A stretch of DNA of 36,352 nucleotides from a virus (taxonomy: Duplodnaviria; Caudoviricetes), in the IMG/VR virus record IMGVR_UViG_3300025018_000315, positions 1-36,352 of that record, one strand, 5' to 3'. The position numbers were made by a program, and so were the translations under genes. A model generated the notes under the pieces. That model was not told where the DNA came from and made no database searches. It saw nothing but the letters and a program-made list of their open reading frames with translations. Shown piece after piece: positions 23,588 to 33,439 of this stretch (position 1 is its first letter; every line of letters starts with the position of its first letter).

Positions 23588-24862
23588 CTATGAAATTCTG
23601 AATGCTGACCATGCGCCTGCTCCAGTTTTTTGCAATCGGATAATACCTCTAGTATTTAGCGATTGTCCTGCTCCTGCATCACTGTCTGCTGGGAAGTTAA
23701 ATTCTCCAACAAGTGTCCAACCAGTATTGGTTGTGACTGTTGCGTCTTCTGCATCAACAGTAGAAATGTTCATCACCGCTACATCAAACGAATCAAATGT
23801 TCCGAGTGAAGTTGGAAGTGCGACTTCGAGGTCTGAAACAGTTGGAAGTTGTTGCGCTGATGTTCCACCTGCTCCTTGATTGATTGTTATCAATTGGGAC
23901 ATAACTTCTGCTGCGGTAAGTGTCGCAGAGGTTGTTTTTGCTGCTGCTGCTCCTTGAGACCTTAGGTTAAGACCTCTTGCAAAAACAGCACCATTAACAC
24001 CAGTTGTGTTTCCTGCTCCACCCATTCCAGCAGTAAGAATAACAGATGAACCTTCTCCACCTGTTCCTGAACCACCTTCTCCGTCTGCTCCTCCTGCTGC
24101 ACCAGTAAGTTTTACATCCCCTGCTTTTCCTCCAACACCAGCTGCGCCTGTGGTTGCTCCACCTGCTGCAGCAGCTACGTTAACTGTACCTGAAGCTCCA
24201 CCTGTTCCTGTGCCAGATGTTCCAGCTACTCCTGAAGATACAGTAACTGCTCCTGAAGCTCCACCATTAACTGCTGCTGCTCCATTTGCACCTGCTCCTG
24301 AAGTGTAAGATAAAGCTCCACCTGCACCAGTACCTGCACCAGCCGCTGAAGAAATAGTTAATGTTCCACCTGCTGTATCAGCAGTTGTTGAAGCTGCTAC
24401 TGCTACTGTGTGATTTACTTCTTTTGTAAAGGTTTGGTTTGTGCCTACGTTAAATCCTGCTGCTGCTCCTGTAACTGTTAGAGCACCAGCACTAGAAAGT
24501 GTTGCATCTCCTGAAACTGCTACAGATGTAGCTGTTGTTCCATTACCTACAAGTATTTTTCCACTTCCTTTAACGTCAAGTGCTGCACCTATTCCTGCTG
24601 CACCTATAAGTACACTACCAGTAGTAAGAGATATTTCGCTTACTACTATATCTGAAACTGCATTCCATGAAGGAGAAGCTACTGTACCTGCGTTGTAGTA
24701 AGGTTTTCCATCTGATGATGGAGTTACCAAACAACCAACAGCAAATTTACTTGCTGTTGTAGGGATAGAAGCTGCAAGTCCATTGAATTGAGCGAGTGTA
24801 ATTTCACCAGCAGAATTTGTTTCTTGAATCAATATGCCTGATAAGGCTGAATCTGTTCTCAT
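23588..24862 (-). CDS. Gly/Ala-rich virion protein (capsid decoration / head fibre candidate)
   Basis: Immediately after the capsid gene; polyglycine-type repeats. Confidence 0.6.
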   Translation of the reverse strand: MRTDSALSGILIQETNSAGEITLAQFNGLAASIPTTASKFAVGCLVTPSSDGKPYYNAGTVASPSWNAVSDIVVSEISLTTGSVLIGAAGIGAALDVKGSGKILVGNGTTATSVAVSGDATLSSAGALTVTGAAAGFNVGTNQTFTKEVNHTVAVAASTTADTAGGTLTISSAAGAGTGAGGALSYTSGAGANGAAAVNGGASGAVTVSSGVAGTSGTGTGGASGTVNVAAAAGGATTGAAGVGGKAGDVKLTGAAGGADGEGGSGTGGEGSSVILTAGMGGAGNTTGVNGAVFARGLNLRSQGAAAAKTTSATLTAAEVMSQLITINQGAGGTSAQQLPTVSDLEVALPTSLGTFDSFDVAVMNISTVDAEDATVTTNTGWTLVGEFNFPADSDAGAGQSLNTRGIIRLQKTGAGAWSAFRIS

Positions 24863-24920
24863 AATATAATCTGTTAATGTAACACGCCCCCCAGTTAAGG
24901 GGAGCTAATTACATAATGAG

Positions 24921-26132
24921 TTAGGCAAGAATATGAACATCTAGGAATTTCTTTGCTCCGTCTGAGAAAGTTTTGATACCTCCTAAGTAAGAACTAAAGA
25001 TATTTGTTCCTCTTTTGTCTGCTGTTGGTCTCATGTCAACTTCTGTATTGTCTTGTAATACAGCGTCAATTCCACCTTTTTTACCAAAGTAAGCGTGGAT
25101 AAAGTTTTTTGTCCAAACATCTGCTCCTGCTGTAAATGTTTCTGAAAGAATAAGTCTTCCTGAACCAATTTGTGTGATTGTAGCTGTATTAGCAGCGTTA
25201 TCGTTGGTTGCTGTAATGTCAAGCAATAATAGTTGGTCTGCTGCTGTTGCTGCTGAGTAACCTGTATCTGCTGCTTCTGCTTCTGAGTCAGCTCCTCCTG
25301 CGTTTAACCATTCTACTAGGTTAGCACGAGTAATATCTACTGTTGTAGCAATGTGGATTTCACTTGCTCCACCTGAAAGAGTACCAACAAAAGTAATAAC
25401 TACTCCGTTCCACGTCATGGTATCTCCATCAGTTGGGTTGGTTGCCATTGTCAAAAGTGCTTCTCCCATAAGGTTTTCTGAAACGTACATTTGTGCGTTA
25501 GAAACATCCCCTGAGTAACCATTCTTGAATACTGAACCAGCCAAGTCAATGTTTTTACCGAGTAGGTATTGAGTCATATCTGATGCTGCGTATGAATCAA
25601 CAACCATTGCTAGGTTTGTAAGTGGTTGGTTAGCTCGTCTTAGTTTTGCAGGTGCACGACTAGCAAGCTGAGGAACTGTTGTACTGGAAAGAGTAATAGG
25701 AGTTCCTGTTGATGCTGTTGTTGTTAAGTCTCCGTCATCAAATGTAAGAGTTGCATTAGTAACTTCTGCAAGTACACGAGCATCAAAGTCAATAGCAGCT
25801 TTCATAGCTGTTTTTGCTCCGATAACTGCTCCTGGATTAAGAGGACCAGCTTGTTTCATTTCACCATCTGAAAGGTGGAATACAATTTCTTTCTCTAGAT
25901 TGATGTTTAAAAGTTCTGAACTATCTGTAACTGAATCAATTGTTGAAGCGTTACCACGAACAACTGTACGAACACGAACTGAATCAATGTCGTACGCTAC
26001 TCTTTCTAAACTTTCTCCGAATTTTAGTTGTGGTTCAAAACGGAATGATGCGATATCTTTTGCTACCAATACTTTTTGGAAGATTTCTTGATAGGCGTTG
26101 TCAAATTGAGGTTTAAAGTCTGTAAGTGACAT
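24921..26132 (-). CDS. Major capsid protein (P22 coat-like HK97 fold, with insertion)
   Basis: Follows the scaffold gene; 403 aa; E-loop-like N-terminus and C-terminal YLGGIKTF motif. Confidence 0.8.
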   Translation of the reverse strand: MSLTDFKPQFDNAYQEIFQKVLVAKDIASFRFEPQLKFGESLERVAYDIDSVRVRTVVRGNASTIDSVTDSSELLNINLEKEIVFHLSDGEMKQAGPLNPGAVIGAKTAMKAAIDFDARVLAEVTNATLTFDDGDLTTTASTGTPITLSSTTVPQLASRAPAKLRRANQPLTNLAMVVDSYAASDMTQYLLGKNIDLAGSVFKNGYSGDVSNAQMYVSENLMGEALLTMATNPTDGDTMTWNGVVITFVGTLSGGASEIHIATTVDITRANLVEWLNAGGADSEAEAADTGYSAATAADQLLLLDITATNDNAANTATITQIGSGRLILSETFTAGADVWTKNFIHAYFGKKGGIDAVLQDNTEVDMRPTADKRGTNIFSSYLGGIKTFSDGAKKFLDVHILA

Positions 26133-26168
26133 ATTTATGTGTTAGCCCTACACCACGATGATTAGTGG

Positions 26169-26879
26169 TTATAGGTATGAAGTAAGCCTTCCAGCCAATC
26201 CTTCGTTGTATTTTCTTTTTAGTGTTGGGTTTTCCATCACTTCTGTAAAATACTCAGGGTCTCTGTCTGCTTTTGAGAAATCAACATCTTGGTTATCGTT
26301 TTTAGATGTACGAGACGAAGATTGATCAAGAGAGCGTTTCCCTGTTACTAGGTGTCCGTATGCTTCTTCTATAATGTTAATGAATGTTTTATTGCTATTA
26401 GCAGGGTTCTGGGCAAGTGTTCTGATAACTTCTTTGTTTACTACACCATCAAACTCAGGTAATACACCGAGTGCTTTTGTGTAGGCTACATTAAATTTAT
26501 CTTCTCTTTGCTTTGCAAGGTCTGCTTCCTTCATAGGAGCTAGTCTTGTTTCCACCTCTGCCTGTGCTTGAGCACGAACGGTATCTGCGAATTCTTGCAA
26601 AAACTCGGCATCTACTCCATGCTTGTCAGATAAAGTTTGTAGATCAAGGCTAACTTCTTTTTTATTAGCACCTGCTTCAATACTTTTTTGAAGTTCTTTC
26701 ATTTGTTTTGCAAGTTCCTTGTTTTCTTTTTTAATATCAAGGAATGTGGCAAGTGGTACTTGCTCTCTCTCGCTTTTGTCTGAAAGTACATCTCCGACTG
26801 TTTCTTCTGTTGTAGTTTCGACTACCTCAGGTGTTGCTTTTACCTCTTCAACTGGAGTTTCAATGGTTTCTTTTTCCAT
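26169..26879 (-). CDS. Capsid scaffolding protein
   Basis: Acidic N-terminus, VPLATFL..K coiled coil; upstream of the capsid gene. Confidence 0.75.
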   Translation of the reverse strand: MEKETIETPVEEVKATPEVVETTTEETVGDVLSDKSEREQVPLATFLDIKKENKELAKQMKELQKSIEAGANKKEVSLDLQTLSDKHGVDAEFLQEFADTVRAQAQAEVETRLAPMKEADLAKQREDKFNVAYTKALGVLPEFDGVVNKEVIRTLAQNPANSNKTFINIIEEAYGHLVTGKRSLDQSSSRTSKNDNQDVDFSKADRDPEYFTEVMENPTLKRKYNEGLAGRLTSYL

Positions 26880-26994
26880 AAATAATCAATTTTACATCGA
26901 GACCTGATGGGGTTGTATACCTCCTCCCAGAAGGAAAAACGATAAATGTTTTACCGCATGTTGCCCCCAATAATCTTAGGAGCAATAGCGTTAA

Positions 26995-27270
26995 TCATTC
27001 TGCTAATAGTTCAAGTGCTTCTTCTGCATCTTTTTTATTAGTTTCTGCTCTTGTAAGTACCCTGAGAAGTGATAGGTCTGACTGTAACTTGGCAAGACTT
27101 GTTACAAGTTCCATGTGGCTTGCTGTCTTATACTTTGACAGTAAACTATCAACTGTACTGACTACATCTGAGCCTAAGCTCTTAGCGAGTAGTTTTCCAC
27201 CCTCTGAATGGGCTACTGCATCAAGTGCTTTCATTACATCTAAATCTTCTTGTACTTCTTCTTTTGTCAT
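26995..27270 (-). CDS. Hypothetical head-module protein
   Basis: Small helical protein (SEGGKLL) between portal and scaffold. Confidence 0.65.
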   Translation of the reverse strand: MTKEEVQEDLDVMKALDAVAHSEGGKLLAKSLGSDVVSTVDSLLSKYKTASHMELVTSLAKLQSDLSLLRVLTRAETNKKDAEEALELLAE

Positions 27271-27608
27271 ACTAATCCTGTTTGTTTTTTAATATCCTCA
27301 AGTGCTTCTTTATATTCTTCAATAGCTTCTTGATATTCTTTTGCTTTGCTTTCTGCTGCTACTCTTACAAGGTTTGACTGGTAATGTAGGTATGCTACAT
27401 GTACTTGCTCCTCTGTAAGGTCTTTGAGAAAGGCATTGTTTTCTTCGTAATTCTTAATCTTTGCTTCCTCTAGTTCTTTTTGTGAAGTCATTTCTTTCAA
27501 ACCCTTTTCACATATTTTGTAGTGAGCCTTTACATCTGCTAGTTCAAACTCTAGTGTACAATCACTTTTCTCAATTTTTTCTCCTTCTATTACTTTATAC
27601 GTTGGCAT
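27267..27608 (-). CDS. Hypothetical coiled-coil protein
   Basis: Track ORF, tightly coupled to neighbours. Confidence 0.65.
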   Translation of the reverse strand: MPTYKVIEGEKIEKSDCTLEFELADVKAHYKICEKGLKEMTSQKELEEAKIKNYEENNAFLKDLTEEQVHVAYLHYQSNLVRVAAESKAKEYQEAIEEYKEALEDIKKQTGLV

Positions 27609-27609
27609 A

Positions 27610-29550
27610 TTATTGATCTAATGATACAGGTTCAGGTGCTAAACCTGATTGATTTAATACATCTTCTCCTTCTACTGCTCTACCTCCTTGTTGCTCCATC
27701 ATCTTTATTTGTTCTTGTTGCAATGCTCTTGCTTCATTTCTCATTACAATAGGCTCTAGTTGTACAATGTAGTCGGCTAAACGCTCAAATTGGTCTTGCT
27801 TGATGTTTTCAAACTGTTGGTACATGTAATCAACCATTCTTTGTTTGTATGCGTTGTTTGCTGATTGGTTGAGCTTAACCTCTTCTCCATCAAGTAAGGC
27901 TTCTATATCTCTATCTGCTTCTGCCATAAGTTGTGAGTTACCATAAAATGAAACATCTAGTAATCTTTCAATCTCATCATCTGTAAATCCTGCAATACTT
28001 GCTGACATCTCTAGGCTTGTCTTTTGATTGACAAGTGGGCTCTTGATTTGTCCTTGTAAGAAGTTAAATCTAGCTTTCTTATCTTGGATTGATGAAAGTT
28101 CTTCTGCATTACTTGCTTCTACTAGTACAGAAAAGTCTTCGTTCTTCCTAAAAATATCTCGCCTAGATACCATAACGAGTTCCACTCCCATAGGCCCTAC
28201 AATGTCCACTGCTATTTTCTTTGTAAGGTTATCTCTTGCTCCGAGTTCATACAGTTTAGAAAATCTATCATAACCAAACGCATAAGATTTATTTAATAGT
28301 CCGAATCTATCAGCTGTTGCTGCTTGGTTTCCTTCATAGATGCCAACCCTACCTTTTTCATCTGCAACTCCTGCAACTCCGTCTGTTACTCCACTAGCTT
28401 TAGCTTGTAGTCCTTCTAGTAGGTTGTAAACAGCAATAGGAGTGTTAATACTTGGTGTTTGTAGTACCTGTACTGCTCTGTTAGCGTCGTAATCTCCTTT
28501 TGTGAGTATTAGTCCGTTTCTTCTGTATTTAAGGCTAGAAAGGTTCTCAATAGCTCCTACATTAACCACTTTCATTGGTTTGTTTATGGCTTCTGCGTTA
28601 TCTAGCATTTGGTTGATAGACACATCTTGAGCCATAAATATCTCTCTTGCGTAATCAGCAAAACTTGGTGTCCAAAACTCTGTCATGTCTGGAAAAGCTG
28701 CCCAAGTCCAGTAAGGATATGCTCCGAGTGGGTAATCTGGTGTAGCAGGGAATATATCTGTTAGTTTTTCACATCTAATACATTGTCCTGAATTGTCCAT
28801 TAAAAGATAATATCTCCCTCCGTCTTCCTGGTAAGTGGTAAACCATCGCCAAAACTTATATTTAGTAGGGTCTGATATTTCTTTTTGACTAATTGTATTT
28901 TGGTCGTATGTTCTTTGCTTCTTATTTGTCTCTTCTTGGGTCATTTCGTTTGCGTTTCCTGAACCCTCTAATAAGTTATCCACAGCATAACCGAGATATT
29001 TCTTATTTTTCTTACCTTCTTTCAGTTCTCTTTTTGTTAGCATAACTGAATAAGAGCCCATATACATGGCTTCTTCTATATCAATCCCTCCACAAGAAGG
29101 GTCAATCAGAAAGTCATACACATCAATAGGCTCAAGGTGGGCTTTGTATTTACCATCAATTGAATCAGCGTAGTAAGAATAGATTGCTCTTCCATATATG
29201 ATAGCTTGTTTCTTTCCTACAATGTCTTTAATGTCCCAGTTGTTTTTTTTAGCGTCTGCTCTCTTTAGTGCATTTAACAATTCTACTCGTTGTAGTTGTG
29301 AGTTTTTTCTCTTAACAAACTTAAATGTTAGAGGGTTATCTATCTTAGACAATAAGGTATGGACAAACTCTTGCATTCTGCCTAAATTAACATTGGCTCT
29401 TGCTTCTGTTGTCTTAGTCTTACGGTTGTAATACATGTCTTCATTCAACTTCCATTTTGCAATCTTTCCTTGCTTAAAAGTTCTAGCAAATTGTATTTCG
29501 TTGAGTGCTTGACTTGCTATCTTTTCAATTGTTATTTTATTGATTGACAT
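27610..29550 (-). CDS. Portal protein (P22-like)
   Basis: ~646 aa after TerL; DFLIDP, INQMLDNAEAINKP and Gln-rich C-terminus. Start probably ATG 29550. Confidence 0.85.
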   Translation of the reverse strand: MSINKITIEKIASQALNEIQFARTFKQGKIAKWKLNEDMYYNRKTKTTEARANVNLGRMQEFVHTLLSKIDNPLTFKFVKRKNSQLQRVELLNALKRADAKKNNWDIKDIVGKKQAIIYGRAIYSYYADSIDGKYKAHLEPIDVYDFLIDPSCGGIDIEEAMYMGSYSVMLTKRELKEGKKNKKYLGYAVDNLLEGSGNANEMTQEETNKKQRTYDQNTISQKEISDPTKYKFWRWFTTYQEDGGRYYLLMDNSGQCIRCEKLTDIFPATPDYPLGAYPYWTWAAFPDMTEFWTPSFADYAREIFMAQDVSINQMLDNAEAINKPMKVVNVGAIENLSSLKYRRNGLILTKGDYDANRAVQVLQTPSINTPIAVYNLLEGLQAKASGVTDGVAGVADEKGRVGIYEGNQAATADRFGLLNKSYAFGYDRFSKLYELGARDNLTKKIAVDIVGPMGVELVMVSRRDIFRKNEDFSVLVEASNAEELSSIQDKKARFNFLQGQIKSPLVNQKTSLEMSASIAGFTDDEIERLLDVSFYGNSQLMAEADRDIEALLDGEEVKLNQSANNAYKQRMVDYMYQQFENIKQDQFERLADYIVQLEPIVMRNEARALQQEQIKMMEQQGGRAVEGEDVLNQSGLAPEPVSLDQ

Positions 29551-29565
29551 AATAATTTTATACAA

Positions 29566-29658
29566 AAATAGCCACGCATTTCACCACCCGCCTCGCAAGA
29601 GGGTAGTGAAATAGTTGCGAGGCTATTTCTTTATATAATTTGTAGTAGAATTATACCA
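29566..29658 (-). promoter_or_regulatory. Internal promoter and switch-like structured leader of the portal gene
   Basis: TGgTATAAT (29658-29650); long hairpin 29566-29628 with alternative 9-bp pairing 29590-29598/29615-29623. Confidence 0.6.
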
Positions 29659-29667
29659 TAGTTTTTA

Positions 29668-31146
29668 TTAAATACCTATATCATCATGTAACAATTCTTC
29701 ATCAAGATAATCTAGGTTTTGTTTTGGATATGCAGGCTCTGCCATTTGCAACATATATGCTTCTGCATCAAGTTCATCATCATACAAACTCATTGGGAAT
29801 GTAAGCAGTTGTTCCTCTAGTGTTGTTGTGTGTCCTTCAATATGATAGATATGACCAGCTTCATATTTAGGTACTAATCCCTCAATACGCATTTCTTTCT
29901 TCTTACCTCCATGTTTCAATTGTTCTATTCTAGGATATTTACCTCTTACCGCCATCTCATCTTCTAAGAACGGTTGGATAGCTTCTGTATATGCTGTTGT
30001 TTCTATTCCTATCTTCTCACACCCATCATCGTGTAGCTGAAAGATAAGGTCTATAATTCCTTTAGCATTAACTTTAATTCCTCTGGATTGTACATACCAG
30101 TTGTTTGCTTCATCTACGCTTGTAACACAAACACCCGTGAAATCACTCTCATCTGTCTTACTGATTGCTGTGTCTATAACTGCAAACTTTCTAGTCTTGA
30201 TTGTTTCTAAATAAGACAAAGGCTTATGTTTGAAGTATCTCTTGAAAAATACTTGATTCTCTTCGTTAAATGGATTGTTCATGAATTCTGCCTCAAATAC
30301 TATTGATCCATGAAACCTCTTTTTGTCTTCGATACTTACCTTTCCTGTTTCTTCTGCTTGTGCGTCCGTTAGAACATACTTTTCTTGCCATGTAGGCTCT
30401 CCGTCCTGAATGATAGGTATGTTTCTTACAAGTAGCTTTTCATCTGTTTTAGCCCTATCTAGGAGTGTTTGGATTGAGCCTGTGTTGGATATGTAGTTAC
30501 CTAGATAGATAATAGATCCGTCTGGGCTCATACCTGAACGAGCTTCGTCCATGTGGGAGATAATTTGTTTTGTTATTGCTTTACTTACCTTAGTTTTGTT
30601 GGTCTCAAAGTCATCAAACAAATAGAAGTCTGGCCTTACATGTTTGTGAAGTCTTCCACGAGGGTTTTCTTGGGTACTAAAGGCTTCTATACGAATTTCT
30701 TTATTATGTACAAGAAAGTTGTCTACTCTCTTTTGTGTTTTTCCTTTGAGTGTTTCATCTGAATAGATGTTACCAAAGTCTTCAAGTATCTTGGTGTTAG
30801 TTACCAGTACATTTGCTATGTCGAAAAGAATACGCTCGGCGTTCTCTCTGGTATAACTATCTACTAATATATATTGTCTTTTCTTGAAAACTAAAAGCCA
30901 TGTGATGAATGCTTTACTTATGCTTGTCTTGGCACTTTCTCTGAACATTAAAAAAAGCACCTCTCTATACTTACCGCTGTCTAAGTCCATAAGGTCTCTA
31001 AACATCTGGTGGTGAAAGGGTGCAAATTTATATTTAATGTAGTCTATGAAGTAGTAAGCAAAAAACAATCCAAAGTCTTTCTCGGCTAGGTATCTTCTCT
31101 CTGCTTGAGAACCGTCCATCATCACTTGTAGCGTTTTTTTATTCAT
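29668..31146 (-). CDS. terL: Terminase large subunit
   Basis: Walker A-like FRESAKT, Walker B YLFDDFE, RNase H-like IDTA...SDFT, and DDELDA. Confidence 0.93.
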   Translation of the reverse strand: MNKKTLQVMMDGSQAERRYLAEKDFGLFFAYYFIDYIKYKFAPFHHQMFRDLMDLDSGKYREVLFLMFRESAKTSISKAFITWLLVFKKRQYILVDSYTRENAERILFDIANVLVTNTKILEDFGNIYSDETLKGKTQKRVDNFLVHNKEIRIEAFSTQENPRGRLHKHVRPDFYLFDDFETNKTKVSKAITKQIISHMDEARSGMSPDGSIIYLGNYISNTGSIQTLLDRAKTDEKLLVRNIPIIQDGEPTWQEKYVLTDAQAEETGKVSIEDKKRFHGSIVFEAEFMNNPFNEENQVFFKRYFKHKPLSYLETIKTRKFAVIDTAISKTDESDFTGVCVTSVDEANNWYVQSRGIKVNAKGIIDLIFQLHDDGCEKIGIETTAYTEAIQPFLEDEMAVRGKYPRIEQLKHGGKKKEMRIEGLVPKYEAGHIYHIEGHTTTLEEQLLTFPMSLYDDELDAEAYMLQMAEPAYPKQNLDYLDEELLHDDIGI

Positions 31147-31546
31147 TTAGTAGTTTATCTAGTTTTATTCTTTCTTCTTCCGTAAGACCCTTAAACAATT
31201 GCTCTCCGTCCTTACCTGTAAGTTCTGTTCTAGCACTCCATTTTTGTTTACCTAATCGCTCTGTAACAAACAATGATACCTTAATTGCTCTGTCACCAAT
31301 CTTTTCATCTCGCACATCAATATCCATTGCTTTTTTAATGTTGCTTTCTGCCTTACTTAGTAATTGATAATCATTGATAATATTTTTTACCCACTCATTA
31401 CCAACTGAATCCGACATTAAACCCATAGAATAGCTTTCAGAAAAACCTGCTTTTTTGGCTGATTGCTTTATTAAACCAAAAGTATCGCTCTCTGGATTAC
31501 AGTAGTACTCCTTAAATGCTAATCTTTTTAGGTTCATGTCTGCCAT
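31139..31546 (-). CDS. terS: Terminase small subunit
   Basis: TFG...QSAKKAGFSESY HTH and RTELTGKDG C-terminal motif; overlaps TerL. Confidence 0.85.
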   Translation of the reverse strand: MADMNLKRLAFKEYYCNPESDTFGLIKQSAKKAGFSESYSMGLMSDSVGNEWVKNIINDYQLLSKAESNIKKAMDIDVRDEKIGDRAIKVSLFVTERLGKQKWSARTELTGKDGEQLFKGLTEEERIKLDKLLNE

Positions 31547-31556
31547 ATTATTCTAC

Positions 31557-31961
31557 TTATTTTTTTGTAAGTGTTAGGACTAGATCTCCTGGTAGTTCGT
31601 AGTAGTTCAATATAACACTTTCGACTACTGCTTTTTCCATAGTTTTGTCAAGTATTTTTAGCAATGTTTCTTTTTCTGCAAGTTCTAGTCTCTTATATGT
31701 TTCTTCACCTTGCCAGTATGTTGCCATAAAACCTTTAAATCCTTTTTCTTCTAGATGATCGTTCTGTTTAGTTTGTTCATCTGCTTCTTCGTACTTCTTA
31801 TTGGGTACCATTAGTGGGAAGATCATATCTAGTAATAAAGATACACCGTTTTGTGTAGCAGTGTATATCATTTCACTAGTTGAAGCTATACTTGCATTAA
31901 CACTATCTATTTGTTTTTGTATGTTTTGCACCTGCTCCATTTCTTTTTTTAATGCTGACAT
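31557..31961 (-). CDS. Hypothetical protein
   Basis: Track ORF. Confidence 0.65.
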   Translation of the reverse strand: MSALKKEMEQVQNIQKQIDSVNASIASTSEMIYTATQNGVSLLLDMIFPLMVPNKKYEEADEQTKQNDHLEEKGFKGFMATYWQGEETYKRLELAEKETLLKILDKTMEKAVVESVILNYYELPGDLVLTLTKK

Positions 31962-31970
31962 AGGGAATTT

Positions 31971-32234
31971 TTATAGTTCAACGCAACTAATTGAATCTCC
32001 TTTAGCGTTATATGTTTTAATATATCTTTTACCACCTTGTGCAAATTCTTTTGTAAAGTTTTGTGTTGGCACTCCTACCTCAACAGAGATTTGGTCTTCC
32101 ATAACTTGGTCTTGGAGTGCCATTACTAAATTAGCTATTTGTTCCTTTGTATAGTTTTTTGCTGGAGGTCTTGGGCATAGTGCTGTGAGTTCTTTTTTTG
32201 TCATTTCCAGCAGTTGTTCTTTTTTGTAGTCCAT
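31971..32234 (-). CDS. Hypothetical protein (Rho-N/HeH-like N-terminus)
   Basis: LLEMTKKEL...YTKEQI pattern. Confidence 0.55.
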   Translation of the reverse strand: MDYKKEQLLEMTKKELTALCPRPPAKNYTKEQIANLVMALQDQVMEDQISVEVGVPTQNFTKEFAQGGKRYIKTYNAKGDSISCVEL

Positions 32235-32401
32235 AAAGATTATTGAGTTTTGTCACCATTGAAGAATCAGCATATTTAATCCCAATTACGAGAATAAGTT
32301 TGTTGTCTTTTGGTGATATCATAGTTATTAACAGTAGTATATCATTATTAAGCAGTATACGCTATACTATGTGTATATAAAAAAACTAACGAAAAACCAA
32401 C

Positions 32402-32794
32402 ATGAAAAAGTCAATAGAAATTACACCAAGTCAATTACATTGGTTGCTTGATATTATTACCAATGTAATTGTTGCACAGACAGAGGAAGAAGTGATGCAG
32501 AAGTTTTCTTTCTTTAATGAGATGAAAGAGCTAAGAGAACAAAGAGCTAAGTACGCAGACGAAGAAAAGGCTGTAACACTTGATATGGAAGAGTTCAAAA
32601 AAGTAATAACATTAGAACTAGACGTAGAATTACTGAAGTGGCTAGAGACTAAATGGCAACTAGTACCAGCACTATACAAGCTCCGAAACAGCGAGGGGGT
32701 CGCTGTACAAGAAGGACTTGCATCAGAAGTAGAGATTGAGATGTACGCAAACATAAAAAAAATCTTAGCCTATGCTGTACCAGTGAAAGACTAG
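32402..32794 (+). CDS. Hypothetical protein, divergent from the late operon
   Basis: 130-aa ORF followed by a terminator. Confidence 0.7.
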   Translation: MKKSIEITPSQLHWLLDIITNVIVAQTEEEVMQKFSFFNEMKELREQRAKYADEEKAVTLDMEEFKKVITLELDVELLKWLETKWQLVPALYKLRNSEGVAVQEGLASEVEIEMYANIKKILAYAVPVKD

Positions 32795-32826
32795 CTGTTG
32801 CGAGGAATACGCAATAACAGGTACAT

Positions 32827-32854
32827 AAAAACCACTAACTACGAGTGGTTTTTT
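32827..32854. terminator. Intrinsic terminator
   Basis: aaaaaccact-aactacg-agtggtttttt. Confidence 0.75.
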
Positions 32855-32855
32855 G

Positions 32856-32901
32856 TTATCCACATGCTATATTTGACAATAGTATAGTATTATAGTATTA
32901 T
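32856..32901 (+). promoter_or_regulatory. DnaA box plus sigma70-type early promoter
   Basis: TTATCCACA (32856-32864); TTGACA (32873-32878), 17-nt spacer, TATTAT (32896-32901). Confidence 0.7.
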
Positions 32902-33005
32902 ACATATATAAGAGATGAAGGCCATCTTGAGGAACATCTAGCTAGGGAGCGCTGGCTCAGGCTGACACTTACCTAGTAGATGATTTATTAACTAATACAA
33001 TTTGT

Positions 33006-33176
33006 ATGAATAGAACAATCGCAGTTCTTACTTGGGGGAGTTGGGAAGATGTTCCACACCTTGAGAAGTTAGCAATATATAGGCAGGAGGGAGAGAGAGA
33101 ACGAATCATTGAAGACTTTGAGGATATACAGGTACTCGGAGTTATATACGAAGATGATGATGTAATAATATGTTAA
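33006..33176 (+). CDS. 56-aa acidic hypothetical protein (not in ORF track)
   Basis: MNRTIAVLTWGSWEDV...YEDDDVIIC*; first ORF after the early promoter. Confidence 0.55.
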   Translation: MNRTIAVLTWGSWEDVPHLEKLAIYRQEGERERIIEDFEDIQVLGVIYEDDDVIIC

Positions 33177-33234
33177 AAAAACTATTAAGCGAGATACTCA
33201 ATTGGAGAATATCACGCCAACTTAAAAAAGCACT

Positions 33235-33438
33235 ATGGAAACAAAAAAAATAAACGCATGGGCTAAAGCAATCCAGCATTATGAAGCAGGAGGGACAATT
33301 AGATCTTGTGCAAATATGCTACAAGTAACCAATGCAACAATAAGTCATAGACTAGAGGTACTAAGTGCAGCAGGTGTCCTAAAAAGAAAACCGAGACCTA
33401 GCACATTTTTACAGAGCTTAATCAATAAACTAAAATAA
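33235..33438 (+). CDS. Small helix-turn-helix protein
   Basis: TIRSCANMLQVTNATISHRLEVL..AGVL pattern. Confidence 0.7.
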   Translation: METKKINAWAKAIQHYEAGGTIRSCANMLQVTNATISHRLEVLSAAGVLKRKPRPSTFLQSLINKLK

Positions 33439-33439
33439 T

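Noticed and set aside
13255-32154. Numerous + strand ORFs of 60-117 aa within the late operon, and - strand ORFs within early genes
   Set aside because: They are antisense shadows of long real genes with no start signals. Only the intergenic 16235..16351 ORF is retained.
32131-32322. 63-aa ORF at the head of the late operon
   Set aside because: It overlaps the next gene by ~100 nt out of frame and has no recognisable motif. It cannot be supported, though it is not excluded.
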